The notes beneath the pieces are model-generated. The model saw nothing but the letters and a program-made list of their open reading frames with translations. It was not told the origin of the DNA and did not search any database. Position numbers and translations under genes: made by a program. A stretch of DNA of 63,168 nt, the filler included, from Octopus bimaculoides (taxonomy: Eukaryota): assembly GCF_001194135.2 (NCBI RefSeq). It is 6 parts of 6 records of this genome, joined end to end, with 100 filler letters (N's around TTAATTAATTAA, not from the genome) between each part and the next. Parts side by side here need not be neighbours in the genome. Positions count along the whole stretch, not along the records: positions 7,348 to 14,661 come from NC_069009.1; positions 14,762 to 34,582 come from NC_068983.1; 4 more parts are not named here. One strand, given 5' to 3'. This document shows, piece after piece, positions 13,001 to 27,048 of this stretch. Numbering within the stretch: position 1 is the first letter of the stretch; each line of letters opens with the position of its first letter.

Positions 13001-14379
13001 GTTTAAACATTTTTACCATTTATCGTAAAAACACATCTAGACATTTTTACTAATCAGCTAACATTTTATTTTATACATGTTTCGGGGATAATATTTTACA
13101 ATAAACTCCTTCCTCCTTTATCTTATTAGCTAAAATTTTATGTTACAGATATTTGAATGAAAATAATATCAACAAAATTCAAGTAGGAACCTTCGATTAT
13201 CTGACCAGTTTAAGATATATGTAAGTGAAATAATCCTTGTTGATAATATTCTACAGACAACATAATACTAAATCTTCCTATCTTTTGCTACGTCCCGTCA
13301 TTGAGTCTCTTAACGTTCTTAGTCTTCTCCACAGAAATATGTGACGCTTTGTGAACGTCAGTAAATGTGTGTGTCTGTTAGTGTGTGTGGATATAGATAT
13401 GTATTGGCACGTATAATATTTTGTGTATGTATGTGAATATATATATATATATATATATATATANNNNNNNNNNNNNNNNNNNNNNNNNNNNNNNNNNNNN
13501 NNNNNNNNNNNNNNNNNNNNNNNNNNNNNNNNNNNNNNNNNNNNNNNNNNNNNNNNNNNNNNNNNNNNNNNNNNNNNNNNNNNNNNNNNNNNNNNNNNNN
13601 NNNNNNNNNNNNNNNNNNNNNNNNNNNNNNNNNNNNNNNNNNNNNNNNNNNNNNNNNNNNNNNNNNNNNNNNNNNNNNNNNNNNNNNNNNNNNNNNNNNN
13701 NNNNNNNNNNNNNNNNNNNNNNNNNNNNNNNNNNNNNNNNNNNNNNNNNNNNNNNNNNNNNNNNNNNNNNNNNNNNNNNNNNNNNNNNNNNNNNNNNNNN
13801 NNNNNNNNNNNNNNNNNNNNNNNNNNNNNNNNNNNNNNNNNNNNNNNNNNNNNNNNNNNNNNNNNNNNNNNNNNNNNNNNNNNNNNNNNNNNNNNNNNNN
13901 NNNNNNNNNNNNNNNNNNNNNNNNNNNNNNNNNNNNNNNNNNNNNNNNNNNNNNNNNNNNNNNNNNNNNNNNNNNNNNNNNNNNNNNNNNNNNNNNNNNN
14001 NNNNNNNNNNNNNNNNNNNNNNNNNNNNNNNNNNNNNNNNNNNNNNNNNNNNNNNNNNTATATATATGTATATATATATATATATATACACCTCTGTCTT
14101 TTTGCATGAGTGAATGTCTAAAAGTATATAAATTTCTATTTGTCTTTGTATCTGTATAATATTTACTGTGTTTATCTCTATATGGACGCTGATTACCATC
14201 CATTACTTTCCGTTGTAACTGCATATCTAAGAGTACATGATTAATATCGATATGTCTAATACGTTCCACGCTTTAGCAATCTTCTTCATCTTCTCCTTGA
14301 TATTCTTTATCTTCTATTTCTTTCACTACTGCTTTCTCTTCTTGCTCTCCAAACTCTATTTCTTATCCACTCGCACTCT

Positions 14380-14425
14380 TTTCCCCTTAAAACTACTATT
14401 ACTTCTACAACAATAACAACAACTG

Positions 14426-14467
<42 letters not shown>

Positions 14468-14470
14468 ATC

Positions 14471-14507
<37 letters not shown>

Positions 14508-14542
14508 TGATGATAATAATAATAATAATTATAATAATAACC

Positions 14543-14609
<67 letters not shown>

Positions 14610-14617
14610 TAATAACC

Positions 14618-14661
<44 letters not shown>
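14380..14661. repeat. (CTA)n/(ATA)n microsatellite
   Basis: Visible repeat. Confidence 0.95.
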
Positions 14662-17282
14662 NNNNNNNNNNNNNNNNNNNNNNNNNNNNNNNNNNNNNNN
14701 NNNNNTTAATTAATTAANNNNNNNNNNNNNNNNNNNNNNNNNNNNNNNNNNNNNNNNNNNNACCTACGACGTCTGCGGAATTTGAACACTGATCGTATGC
14801 ATTTTATCCAGCGAGGTAACGATTCTGCCAGCTCGCCACCTGAAAGTGATATTAAATTAGACATTTTCTTTCATAGAAATTCAGAGCAAAATATCTTCCG
14901 ATGATTGGCAGCTTCAGGCTGAAATAGTATAAGTGTTTTCCTGTGTGGCACACAAAAGATGACACGCACACGCATGCTTCTATATTTGCGTCTTAAATTA
15001 TTACTGTTTCTCGTACGTAAGCTGTTCGTGTTTTGATAGTGATTTACTATAAGGATGCGAAGACTTCCTGAGTCATCTCGGAGTAGTCTTTCTTGCGATA
15101 CACCATGTTGATGATAGCTACGAAGCTAGAAATGCGTTTCGGTTTTCAGCGATGGACACCCATGAAATGGTTTTGGGGATTTTTTTAAGACCTATTTCCT
15201 GAAGCGTGAATTTTTGTTCAACGGTTAATGGCAGTGAATACGTCCAGATTACAGGACAAATCACTACCTAAAATATTTGGTCTGATCCAAATATTTGTTT
15301 ACTCACAAACTGTTTTCATATACATATAGTGTCATTTTATAGTGTTTGAATATGAAAGTTCCGTGTTAGTAATGCGGGAAGCGAATTAGAATGTATTTTA
15401 GTCTCCTTTCTATGCTCTAGGCCCAGTTTTCTGGTTTTCGGTTATCTCCTTGATTCCTTTTCTCTAGTTTCAGAGACTCTGAAAGGAATCATAGACATCT
15501 CTAAGCGGAGGAAACAAGAACAAATGAATTCAAATGAAATGTATAAATTCTACAGTCACTAAACGATCTGTTATTCGCATTTGAAAAAGTTGATGTTGAA
15601 AGTAACTGTTACGCAACTGTAAAACGTGCACGAAATGAATCATATGTTGCAAATTAAAAAAAATATATACCACTTAAATAATCAATAAATGTTTGATAGT
15701 TCAAAATTTTTCGCAGACATGTTGGATTCTGTTGGATAATATCTATTACTTTTTTAATATATAAATTTGGAACTTTTCTTCTGAAGTTGTTGATAGCAAC
15801 CGAAAGGAAATTGTTACATGTATTAGTCATCTAATTTATATATGGTACACATTTTGTACAGCATACTAGCTGCATTTTTTTTTTTCAAATTTGTATGCGT
15901 ACAAAAGTTTACATAATACTATCTCTAGCAAATAACAGTATTTCTACCCTGGTAACAGAGAACACCCACGTAAACACTATTTGAGAATTAGAATCTAAGT
16001 CGCTGACAAATGACCATCAATCATTTTAAATAAAGAATCTACTGATGCGAGTTGTGGCCTTCAATATATTTTAAAATACGGGCTGGCCATTGTTGAATAT
16101 CAACATGTTTTGATCAAATGTCATGCAGTGTAGGCTTGCATAATTTCTTAGCTATGATTCATATGAATTCCGTATATAGAAACGTGGATAAGTTGCACAG
16201 TGGAAGTTCATATGTGCCTCCAACTACAGATTAACAATCACTACTCATCACCTGCTTCTATTAAGGTCAGCAGTTTGATGCCTTTCATACGCACACACAC
16301 GTATATACCATTAGGTGCATATATGCATGCTCATAGATATACGTATAGGAAAACAGTTTTGTGAGTAAACAAATATTTGGAACAGACCATAGATATATGC
16401 AAACTCATAGATTACATGCGTGTGCGAATTTGTGTGTGTGTGTGCGCGTGCATGCAGCGTAGGTAGCTCTAGAAGAGAAGTTCAAAATAGTACTCAATAC
16501 TTAGGATGACAGTCGTTTATAGTTGCTACATCTAGTTATTCGAAATACTAGTTTCCGTGAAATTTGAATAGCTAGATGTGAAGGAACATAACTAAACGGT
16601 ATGCTCGCAGTCGAATGACTAAAACAATTAAAAGAAAAGATATACAATACATATAGATATGTGTATGCAATATAATTTTATGTACGTATTGATGTGTGTT
16701 TGTGTGAATGAAAATATATATTGTCTCCCGACGTTCATCATAAATGCAATGCGATGTCAAATGAAAACAGAAACACATCAGATGTATATTCCAACACCGC
16801 ATTGTGCTTGTCGGATAACTGATAATGGGTTTTAATTTTTACAGAAACCTGAAGCGAAAAATAATCAAGGGTATTCCTTATCGCCTCAAAGTACTCTATT
16901 CACAAGAAATCCTTTCTTTTTGTGCAGAATTAGTGCAAGATTATAAAGCCTTCTCTTAGTTTATTTAGTACCATATCAGTTATATAACTCCATTCCATTG
17001 AATTCGTCTTTGAATTATATGCGAGATTTAGAAGAATCCACTACGAGCAGCATAAGCTACACGGTAATTACAGGAACAAAAAATATATAATACTTACATA
17101 TAGCTTTGGATAGAACTGTACGGTTAAAACATTCGTTTCGCAATAATTGTTAGATCTGTCTGCAAGGTACATTTGGTAAGTATTTTATAAATTCCTCCCT
17201 GATAGACTTGTACTAATGCCGGCTGATATTTCTAACTAGTATCGGAGGTCACTAGTTTTACGAAGAAGAAGACGACGAAATC

Positions 17283-17748
17283 TGTTAAAAATTTTTATGA
17301 ACAAAATGTTTATTCCAGTAAACAAAAAGCAAATATTGTCGTTACTATTAACGCCAAAAGAACGAGTGTTTGGAACTAACTAATCTTCAATTGATGTTGT
17401 TGAAGTAGCAACCAAAAGGTTGGTTGCCGGTCGTTCCGTTGCTGCTGTCACCGATCGGTCATTAACTTGGTGTTGTCAGCTGCTGCTCCGCTAGTATCTT
17501 CTCTGTTCGATCTGGTGTCTTCTCTTCTCCGTCTCACATACTAAATGCTCAGGTGTTTCTCAATGCTCTCTCTACTGCCTCCAAAAACTTTCTGTGAAGT
17601 AGTCACGGAATGTCGAATTTATGTTGATTGATAGGCTGAGAACGAAGCGCGCCCAATGGTGAAATCATCGCTGGAGCCTATTCCATACGAATTCGTTATT
17701 AGTCAGATTTCGTTGATCTTGTGGGAAATATTCTAAGGAATCCCGACA
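17283..17748 (-). mobile_element. Probable solo LTR, 466 bp
   Basis: Minus strand starts TGTCGGGA, ends TTAACA, AATAAA near the 3' end; no TSD found. Confidence 0.55.
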
Positions 17749-17859
17749 TCGGATAATTGCAGATGGTTGGAGTATAGACGGATGGTTTGTTAGTGAGTAT
17801 ACATGTGTTTATAAATGTCTATTTAGGTTTATCAATGTCAACAGTTTAATTTATATATT

Positions 17860-18020
17860 TGATAGTTCTTCTGTACTGATCCCACACAATCCTTTCTTGC
17901 GTCCAAAATCCCATTCCAGTCCCCTACTAGTACTAAACTGCGAGACGTTCCCAGGAATATTTCTAGACGCCCGAAGAATTCTGGCCTTCCAGCTCCTGTC
18001 GAGGCATAGAAAACTACCAA
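17860..18020 (-). mobile_element. L1/Tx1-clade LINE APE endonuclease fragment
   Basis: Peptide VVFYASTGAGRPEFFGRLEIFLGTSRSLVLVGDWNGILD carries the APE GDxN motif. Confidence 0.8.
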
Positions 18021-18094
18021 TTAAATAATAATAATAATAATAATAATAATGATAATAATAACAACAGGAACAACAACAACAACAATAATAATAA

Positions 18095-18303
18095 TCCTTT
18101 CTACTATAGGCACAAGTCCTGAAATTTTGGGAGAGGTGCCAGTCGATTAGATCGACTCCAGTATGAAACTGGTACTTAATTTATCGACCCCGAAAAGATG
18201 AAAGGCAAAGTCGACCACGGCAGAATTTGAACTCAGAACCTAGCGTCAGAAACACCGCTAAGTATTTCGCCCGGCGTTCTTAAGATTTTGCCAGCTCACC
18301 ACC

Positions 18304-18305
<2 letters not shown>
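18095..18305 (-). mobile_element. SINE family A flanked by (AAT)n
   Basis: Diagnostic motifs; AAT tracts on both sides. Confidence 0.88.
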
Positions 18306-18381
<76 letters not shown>

Positions 18382-18384
<3 letters not shown>

Positions 18385-18900
18385 TTCCTGATAGAGTACC
18401 AAGCACTGGCTCTCATGTCTTCTGACCTTAACTGATTGGAAGTGCTATAATGTACATGGTTTGTCTTGGTGTAGAAAATGGGCTATAGTAAATTTTCTGC
18501 TTAATACCACAGATTTAGTTGTCACTTGTTTGACCTTAACCATTTCAGCATGTCCTTTGGTGGCTGGTGATATGTACATCTCTGATCACGAGCAGAAGTA
18601 GTGGGGAAGCATCATAGACATGTGTTGAGAGGAATACTTTGGGGTTTGAATAATTCACCTCTGGAAACATGGGTGTTTCGTTCAACATCCTTATACAACC
18701 ATTATTCAGGGATGTTTTAAGCGACTGGAGCTACTCGACCTGAAGAAAATTCCAACTGCACCCCACCTGCAAGTTCGGTTACTGTTTATTGCGATATGAA
18801 ATCACAATGTCGCGCAACTATGGTTGTGATGCCCGTGCCTGATGTACCCATATTAGATCTGCACTAGCCTAGGATTAAAAGACTATATCAACAACAACAA
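18382..18900 (+). mobile_element. Non-LTR retrotransposon 3'-end fragment, family not assigned
   Basis: Resembles a common octopus LINE 3' UTR as I recall it (ctactcgacctgaagaaaatt..cccacctgcaag); (CAA)n tail. Confidence 0.5.
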
Positions 18901-19429
18901 CAACAACACCAGTAAAACATACATGAAATAACAATCTCCTTATGTTTGTTTGACTTCACAATTGATTGCTCTATAGAGGAAAAGATTAATTCTCTTCATA
19001 TCGTTATATAGAATTTAATTATTTATAGATAGCTTTACTTAAACAGCTGTGAACCGGTAGAATAAGGCTGCTAACAGCTGTTTTAAGATGTTTTCTACAA
19101 GCGTTTATAAATATCCTATAGTTCTTGAGAACGAGTTGTATAAACATTTACAGAGGGCTGCTGACCCGTTCAATACTGTAAACGCTTGAATAAATAACAA
19201 TTTGAAGGAAGATTACAACTAGTTCACTTGTTTTCATCGATACGTCTTAATTCAATGTTTCATTTTCAAAGATCACTGCTTCTATTGTACATTCAATTGT
19301 GGTTGTTGCTGTTGCTTGTGGTGATTTTTATCAGATTCCTGCTGATATTTAAATCAACATATTCAATCTTGAAAGACAATTCACTTTTTTTCAGTTTTTC
19401 TTTTCTATAACTTTCACAATTTATCATTT

Positions 19430-19439
19430 CTCTCTTCCC

Positions 19440-19498
<59 letters not shown>

Positions 19499-19587
19499 CT
19501 CTCTCTCTCTGTCTCTCTCTCTGTCTCTNNNNNNNNNNNNNNNNNNNNNNNNNNNNNNNNNNNNNNNNNNNNNNNNNNNNNNNNNNN

Positions 19588-19650
<63 letters not shown>
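19430..19650. repeat. (TTTC)n/(CT)n microsatellite
   Basis: Visible repeat. Confidence 0.95.
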
Positions 19651-19653
<3 letters not shown>

Positions 19654-20594
19654 CCTCACTATCCGCCACTGCTTTTTCTTCCTTCGTGTTTGGAAATTGC
19701 AGATGCTTTACCTAACTCAGAGGATTTGCAAGCTTTTCTACATCCATTGCAATATTAGGAACCCTTCCGAATTATGAGTAGGTATCTCAGGGTCACAAGT
19801 GCTTCGTGCCTTATATAGATATACGTATATACGCATACTTATATGCATGCTCGAATGCATGCATTCATGCAAGCATATATACATACATCTCTCTACCGTT
19901 GTGCCACTGCTGCAAAAATTTCTTTTTCGCTCGCATATATATAAATGAAAGCTTGTTTAACGTGCTAGAATTAGCAGTGATCACTTAGTTATTATTGTAA
20001 GGCTTCTAGCATCCAAAGTAGCCATACCAACAAGATCACTACATTAAAATATAAAAAAATATACGGATATATTAAAGAATTTTCATTTTATCAAATAGAT
20101 TCATTTAACAAACTCTGGAAACTGATAATATTCTTGAAATTGTGTCTCGTATGAAAATTATATAGCTATTATTAAATTATCATTAATGAAAAATAGAGGC
20201 GAGTGAGAATGAGAGACTGTTGCAAATAAAAACGTAAGAGGTTGCCCGCAACGAATTTATAGTGTTTATTATTAAACATTAAAATCTACTCCGCAGTGAA
20301 TGCAATGAATATTTAAATCTGCGAGAATTTGGAGTTTAAAAAATTCAATAAATTTCAGAAATCGAAATTATAGGAAGTGTCTTTGAACATGAATTTATAA
20401 AAATATTTCCAAACGGTCAAGTTTTTAATATTGCTGTCATTTAGTACTTTTAGTAATTGTCACATATCTAACTAATAAGCTGCTTTCATCTTTATCGTAT
20501 TTAGTCAATGTAAATGAATATCTAGAATTTTAGAAATCGCCCTCTGTTAATTGGCCACTTCAGTCAAGGAATTCACACACTGCCTTCACACAGC

Positions 20595-21040
20595 GTTTAT
20601 TCTTTTCCTTGTTTTAGCCATTCGAATGCTGACATGCTGCAGCACCGCATTAAAGGGTTTTAGTCGAAGAAACCGACCAAGGACTTACTCTTTATAAGCC
20701 TAGTACTTATCCCACCTGTCTGTTTTGCCAGATAGTCAGTGTTACGGTTGTCAAGCGATGGTGGGGAACAGACAGAAAGACACTCACATAATTATATAAT
20801 ATNNNNNNNNNNNNNNNNNNNNNNNNNNNNNNNNNNNNNNNNNNNNNNNNNNNNNNNNNNNNNNNNNNNNNNNNNNNNNNNATATATATGACGGTTTCTT
20901 TCGGTTTCCGTCTACAAATTTACTCCCTTCGCTAGGCCCGAAACTATTGTACAAAATATTTCCCCAACATGCCATGCTGTGCGAGACTGCATCCAGAACC
21001 ATGTGGTTGTGAAGGAAGTTCTTACCACACAGCCACGCCT
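20595..21040 (-). mobile_element. tRNA-derived SINE family B with central microsatellite/gap
   Basis: Head ..accacacagccacgcc and 3' half ..catgctgcagcaccgc.. match copies at 40476 and 45095. Confidence 0.85.
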
Positions 21041-21534
21041 ATTTGTAAATAATTCTCTACCAGTGAATTCCCGTATCTAATGGGAATGAACTGCACTCAC
21101 AAATTAAGTTGATACACTTCTATATAACATGAACCACAGAATCTGGCGATACAGCCTGAGGTATGAAGACCCTGTATATGCTAGAGTTTAGAACTAGATG
21201 CTTCCCTTATTTGTTTTGAAGAAGGATATGTTATAAGGAAAAATCAAACCTAAAAGGTATTTTAATCCTATACCTTTACCAAATCAAACTGATAAGGTCG
21301 AGTCTGGGAAATTTCCAATCATATATTTTTTTGATGAAGTCTTAACATCAGTTGAAAAGCAACAGTGAACAATGAGATCTTAAAATTAGCAACTGGCAGA
21401 GCCATTGAAGTGGAACGTTTTGCTATGTTTTTTTGTTAAATTAAAACATTTGAGTGCGAAAATCTTTTAGAAAAGCAAAATATGTCCTGTCAGAATGCTA
21501 AAATATTTTAAAGATGAAAAAAAAAAATTATCGT

Positions 21535-21715
21535 GGTTTCAAATTTTAGGACAAGGCCAGCAATTTTAAGGAGAAGGAATTCGACTTGTACTTAAATCTT
21601 CGGCCCCAGAAAAATGAAAGTCCGAGTCGATTTCGGCAGAATTTGAACGTAGAACGTAAAGCCGAAAGAAAGGCCTTTAAAAATTTTGTGCAAAGTTCAG
21701 CCATCTTACCGCCTT
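21535..21715 (-). mobile_element. SINE family A, degenerate
   Basis: ggcagaatttgaacgtagaacgtaaag. Confidence 0.7.
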
Positions 21716-22050
21716 TACCTTATTATCCTGAGCACGTAATCGAGCGTAGGCTATTGTTATCGCTCATCTTTTTCAGTTTGTCTGTGTGTTCTGCAAAATT
21801 ATTGGAAAACGGCTGAACGGATATTCACCAAATTTGGCAGAAATACACATTGGGTGAGTGGCTCGAACTCATTATTTTGGTTTGATTACCTTCAACAGGC
21901 GAACAAGTGAATCAAAATGTTTTTTTTTTCTGTTACATATGCCTAAACGATAAGCAGGGGAAATAACTCTTCATGCCAAATTGTTGAAATATGAATTCGT
22001 CTGAGAATAAATTTATTAAATTAGTTTTGATTTTATCCTTGTACGCACGC
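21716..22050 (+). mobile_element. Non-autonomous DNA element, Helentron/HINE-like (tentative)
   Basis: tgtctgtgtg..aaaacggctgaacggatattcaccaaatttggc pattern typical of such elements; ends not resolved. Confidence 0.35.
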
Positions 22051-23485
22051 CGTTTTTTGTTTTTTCATATCATTATGATACCACTTTAGATTGTAGACGA
22101 ATGATAGGCAATGGTGATGTCAAAGGATTTATACACTCAACTGAAAAGAAGAAACTAATTATTCCAAGGAATTTAATCCAGAGATTTAACAGATTTTTTC
22201 CAGTATCGAAATACGAAATCAAAACAAACCTGATACGGAAAGTAATAATTCAACTAAGCTAGTAATAACTGCACTACGCTAGTTACAATTGCACCACGCT
22301 AATTGAGATAATAAGCATGATAATATTAATCTATGAGAAAGGTGATTTTCAATTTATTACAGTGATTTAACCAGAGACAGATTCATCGTGCCTTTCGAAT
22401 TATTTGGAGGCAGGGAAGGTATTCTTTAGAAGAGAGACCAGCTTCGAATTGTTACAGCAGTGTGCAAGAGAAATGATTAACACGGATCAGTTGGTGATTT
22501 AAAACAGGTGATAGAAAAATAGGTCTATAGCAATTTCGAAAGAATACGAACTCATATTACACACACACACAGATTTAAACACATGCATACATCTGTATGT
22601 ACGCATTATATATATATANNNNNNNNNNNNNNNNNNNNNNNNNNNNNNNNNNNNNNNNNNNNNNNNNNNNNNNNNNNNNNNNNNNNNNNNNNNNNNNNNN
22701 NNNNNNNNNNNNNNNNNNNNNNNNNNNNNNNNNNNNNNNNNNNNNNNNNNNNNNNNNNNNNNNNNNNNNNNNNNNNNNNNNNNNNNNNNNNNNNNNNNNN
22801 NNNNNNNNNNNNNNNNNNNNNNNNNNNNNNNNNNNNNNNNNNNNNNNNNNNNNNNNNNNNNNNNNNNNNNNNNNNNNNNNNNNNNNNNNNNNNNNNNNNN
22901 NNNNNNNNNNNNNNNNNNNNNNNNNNNNNNNNNNNNNNNNNNNNNNNNNNNNNNNNNNNNNNNNNNNNNNNNNNNNNNNNNNNNNNNNNNNNNNNNNNNN
23001 NNNNNNNNNNNNNNNNNNNNNNNNNNNNNNNNNNNNNNNNNNNNNNNNNNNNNNNNNNNNNNNNNNNNNNNNNNNNNNNNNNNNNNNNNNNNNNNNNNNN
23101 NNNNNNNNNNNNNNNNNNNNNNNNNNNNNNNNNNNNNNNNNNNNNNNNNNNNNNNNNNNNNNNNNNNNNNNNNNNNNNNNNNNNNNNNNNNNNNNNNNNN
23201 NNNNNNNNNNNNNNNNNNNNNNNNNNNNNNNNNNNNNNNNNNNNNNNNNNNNNNNNNNNNNNNNNNNNNNNNNNNNNNNNNNNNNNNNNNNNNNNNNNNN
23301 NNNNNNNNNNNNNNNNNNNNNNNNNNNNNNNNNNNNNNNNNNNNNNNNNNNNNNNNNNNNNNNNNNNNNNNNNNNNNNNNNNNNNNNNNNNNNNNNNNNN
23401 NNNNNNNNNNNNNNNNNNNNNNNNNNNNNNNNNNNNNNNNNNNNNNNNNNNNNNNNNNNNNNNNNNNNNNNNNNNNNNNNNNNNN

Positions 23486-23535
<50 letters not shown>

Positions 23536-24245
23536 CAAATACACCTATATCCATATACTTATATACGTGTATTTCTATGTAAGTGTATATCATATCGTAC
23601 CGAATTCGAGGAGGAATGACCTTTGCTAGAGGCCTGTGAGTAATACATATATATATATAAGATTGAACGGAATCGACTATTTAATAACACAAATACTGTT
23701 CGAACTTTTACACTCAGATTTTGCCGCTACAACACCTTTAAAAGTACAACGTCTTTTGCTACAGAGAATCGATAAAAGCATTATTTCAACTTACGACAGA
23801 GTTGAGTATCATTACAGTTTATCTTATTCATAATCAATGAGAGGTGAAGGGATAACGTTTATAAAAGCAGAATAGAAATTATTACAGAATTACAAGCATC
23901 AAGAATAGATGGTATGTAATGAGATGCGTTTCTCTTATATAAAGCGAAGATACAAAGGCAACGCCGAAACAGTGAGTCAAAGAACGACATCGCTCGTGCC
24001 TTTGATTCTCTTTGTAATGGTTGGTTCTGGCTGAAGTAGCCATGCCGATTTTCTTTGAATGTTTTCCGTACGAATGAGATCGGCACGGTTGATGTTCTTC
24101 TCATCGGAGCACAAGAGAGATTAGTAGGAAAAATATAGGTAAGACTGACATTAATATGGATAAATTATGAGAAAAGTGGTTAGTAATAGAAATAATGTGG
24201 AAATTCTCTATCATATTACATGACACTGTCGCAACTATGAAATGA

Positions 24246-24465
24246 TACGAGGTAGGTGTTGAAAAGTTTATGACTTTGGGTAAAAGAAAATACAGGAGGA
24301 CAGTTAATTATGATTTTATTCAACATATTCTCCTCTCAGATACACACACTAATTCCCGATGTCCTTCAGTTTTCCTAAGCATTATAAGAGAACTCATAAG
24401 GTTAGGGCTCCAACCAGACCTTTCATGATACTTTTAGAGCTAGGAATTTTCAGTACCCCTTCATA
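24246..24465. mobile_element. Mariner-type MITE, TA-flanked
   Basis: Left TACGAGGTAGGTGTTGAAAAGTT and right AATTTTCAGTACCCCTTCATA are imperfect inverted repeats. Confidence 0.8.
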
Positions 24466-25314
24466 TAGGTCATGATGCACAGAAAAGAGAAATAAGTGGG
24501 GTTGCAATGGCGTTAACAAGAGCTCTGCATAAATGACAACGGCACTACTACTACTGTCTGTACTATTCAAAGCAAGGAACATGAAATAAATGGGGAATCC
24601 TAAAGTAATCTCTTTTTCTTTTTCTATGAAATGTTCTCTTGTGAACTTTTTTACGCAATTTTTTTCAATACTGAATTTCCTCCTTGACTTAAAGCACCAC
24701 CTTGGCCAAAGGTGCACACCTGGACGTAGGTATATATGCTCATACATACATACATACATACATACATACATAAACACACACATTGAAAAAATCATCCTTC
24801 TGCACAACTTCCGTCCACCAAATTCCAATAGTATAATGCATGCCACCTCGACTCTAAGATGGGAGATGAGTGCCTAGATTTGTTCCGCAGTGAAACCGAA
24901 CCTGGAAAAACGCCTTGGTGTAACGAATTATTTAATCAAACGTTCACGATAATATCCTGTTATGTCAAAATGAAGTTCTTTTTATATAACAGCTAAAAAT
25001 ATGGATCTTTTAAACTCAGCAATATTTACTTGTTTTTTTTTTATTATAGTCTATCACAGAAGTGAATAATCTCATTTAACGTGAGAGCTTCTCTGTCGTT
25101 ACCGATCTACTAAAAATAGCAACTAGGTCCTCATTTAAATCATACAGTAATGTTGTTTGAAGAGAAGTAACTTTCGATATTTTAGGCATAGCACCAAAAT
25201 CTTTTTGAAATCATATGATAGTGCTTAAAATAAAGGAAATGTATCTTTGTGTTCTACATAAAATTATTGGCATGAGAGAGTAACTATTATAATTATCATA
25301 ATGAAATAATAATC

Positions 25315-25502
25315 ATTTCTTCTCTAGGCACAATGCCCGAAATGTTGGGGAGGGGACCAGTCTATTAGATCGACCCCAGTACGCAACAGGTATTTAATTT
25401 ATCGACTCTGAAAGGATGACCTCAGTGGAATTTGAACTCAGAACGTAAAGACAGACGAAATACCGCTCAGCATTTCGCCGGCGTGCTAACGTTTCTGCCA
25501 GA
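25315..25502 (-). mobile_element. SINE family A
   Basis: Diagnostic motifs. Confidence 0.85.
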
Positions 25503-26237
25503 CCACAGCCATCATAATGAAGTAGATAAAGTTGTACTAGATAAGCCTACGCCATTTTCAGAGAGTGTGTTTCTTTTTTACCTCGAATTAAGGACTTTGG
25601 TTATAGAAGTTATAGTTTATATACAGACCAGCCGTGATAAAACTCTGCTTCATCACAGCCGACTGTGCCTAACGGAGAACAAAACAACGTAGGCCGTTTC
25701 CACCATACTTAATGAGGTCGTACGTGTTTCTATCAATATCGGTGATGTGATCATTTATAACAGTTGCAACAGCAATATATGAAATCAATTTGCGTAATAG
25801 GTTCTTGCCTTAAATATAATTTCAGAATTGTTTTCCTTGAAGTGCTGACCGACCAGTATGGACAAGTACATTCAGCAAATCTCACAGTTCTCAAAAGCTA
25901 TGACGAACAGACATCGTAACATTGGCCATTTATATAATCCCAAAGCCCAACTACACTCGTCTACTTATCATAACCTGCCATTTTGCACTTGTCTATAATC
26001 GAATTTCGGCCGGGAAATTATTGCAGTTACATTACTTTTGCTTTACACCTAGATGTCTGTGACTCATGTAAGTTCATATTCTCGTATTTGGGTATGTAAC
26101 AATTCCAAACAACTTCTGCTGCAAATTGACATATTTACTGTATCTCAGACAGTAAGTATGTCAATATATGGTATAATATTCACTCACTGAAAGCACAGAC
26201 AGTAAATATGTCAATTTATGATATGATATTCACTCAC

Positions 26238-26629
26238 GGTGGAGGCGCGATTGCCCAGTGGTTAGGGCAGCGGACTCACGGTCATTGGATCACGTTTTCG
26301 ATTCCCAGACCGGACGTTGTGAGTGTTTATTGAGCGAAAACACCTAAAGCTCCAAGAGGCTCCAGCAGGGGATGGTGGCAAACCCTGCTGTACTCTTTCA
26401 ACACAACTTCCTCTGACTCTTACTTCCTGTTTTTGTTGTGCCTGCAATTCAAAGGGCCAGTCGTGTCACACTGTGTCACGCTGAATATCTCCGAAAACTA
26501 CGTTAAGGGTACACGTGTCTGTGGAGTGCTCAGCCACTTGCACGTTAATTTCACGAGCAGGCTGTTCCGTTGATCGGATCAACTGGAGCCCTCGACGTCG
26601 TAAGCGACGGAGTGCCAACAACAACAAAA
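26238..26629 (+). mobile_element. tRNA-derived SINE family C, full length
   Basis: A-box TTGCCCAGTGG, B-box-like TTCGATTCCC, (CAA)n tail, ATTCACTCA direct repeats at 26228 and 26630. Confidence 0.9.
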
Positions 26630-26966
26630 ATTCACTCAATGAAAGCCCACACGGTGATTTGACCAATTTTAGAATTGTTTGCAGTCTAGTTGTTAAAAGA
26701 CGCATGAAACTAGCCCTCATATAGTACGAAAACAATTCTATAAATGCTGGATCAGTATTACAACCATAGAAGTTCTAACATTTGCCAAGACATACTACCT
26801 AAATTGTTTAGTTAATCATTTAAAAGTGTTCCCCTTTTCTCATACGAAACATCTATATTTACGAAAACATCAAAATACCAGTGCCACAGAATCTCAATAA
26901 TGGAATAGTTATCTACATACAACATGGTCATGTGTATATATAGAGTTGTTTAATTTGAACCACAGT

Positions 26967-27000
<34 letters not shown>

Positions 27001-27010
27001 NNNNNNNNNN

Positions 27011-27048
<38 letters not shown>

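Noticed and set aside
18025-18380. Idea that SINE family A is mobilised by the Dong-like LINE because both lie in AAT repeats
   Set aside because: On their own sense strands the SINE tail is (ATT)n and the LINE tail is (AAT)n, and I see no shared 3' sequence
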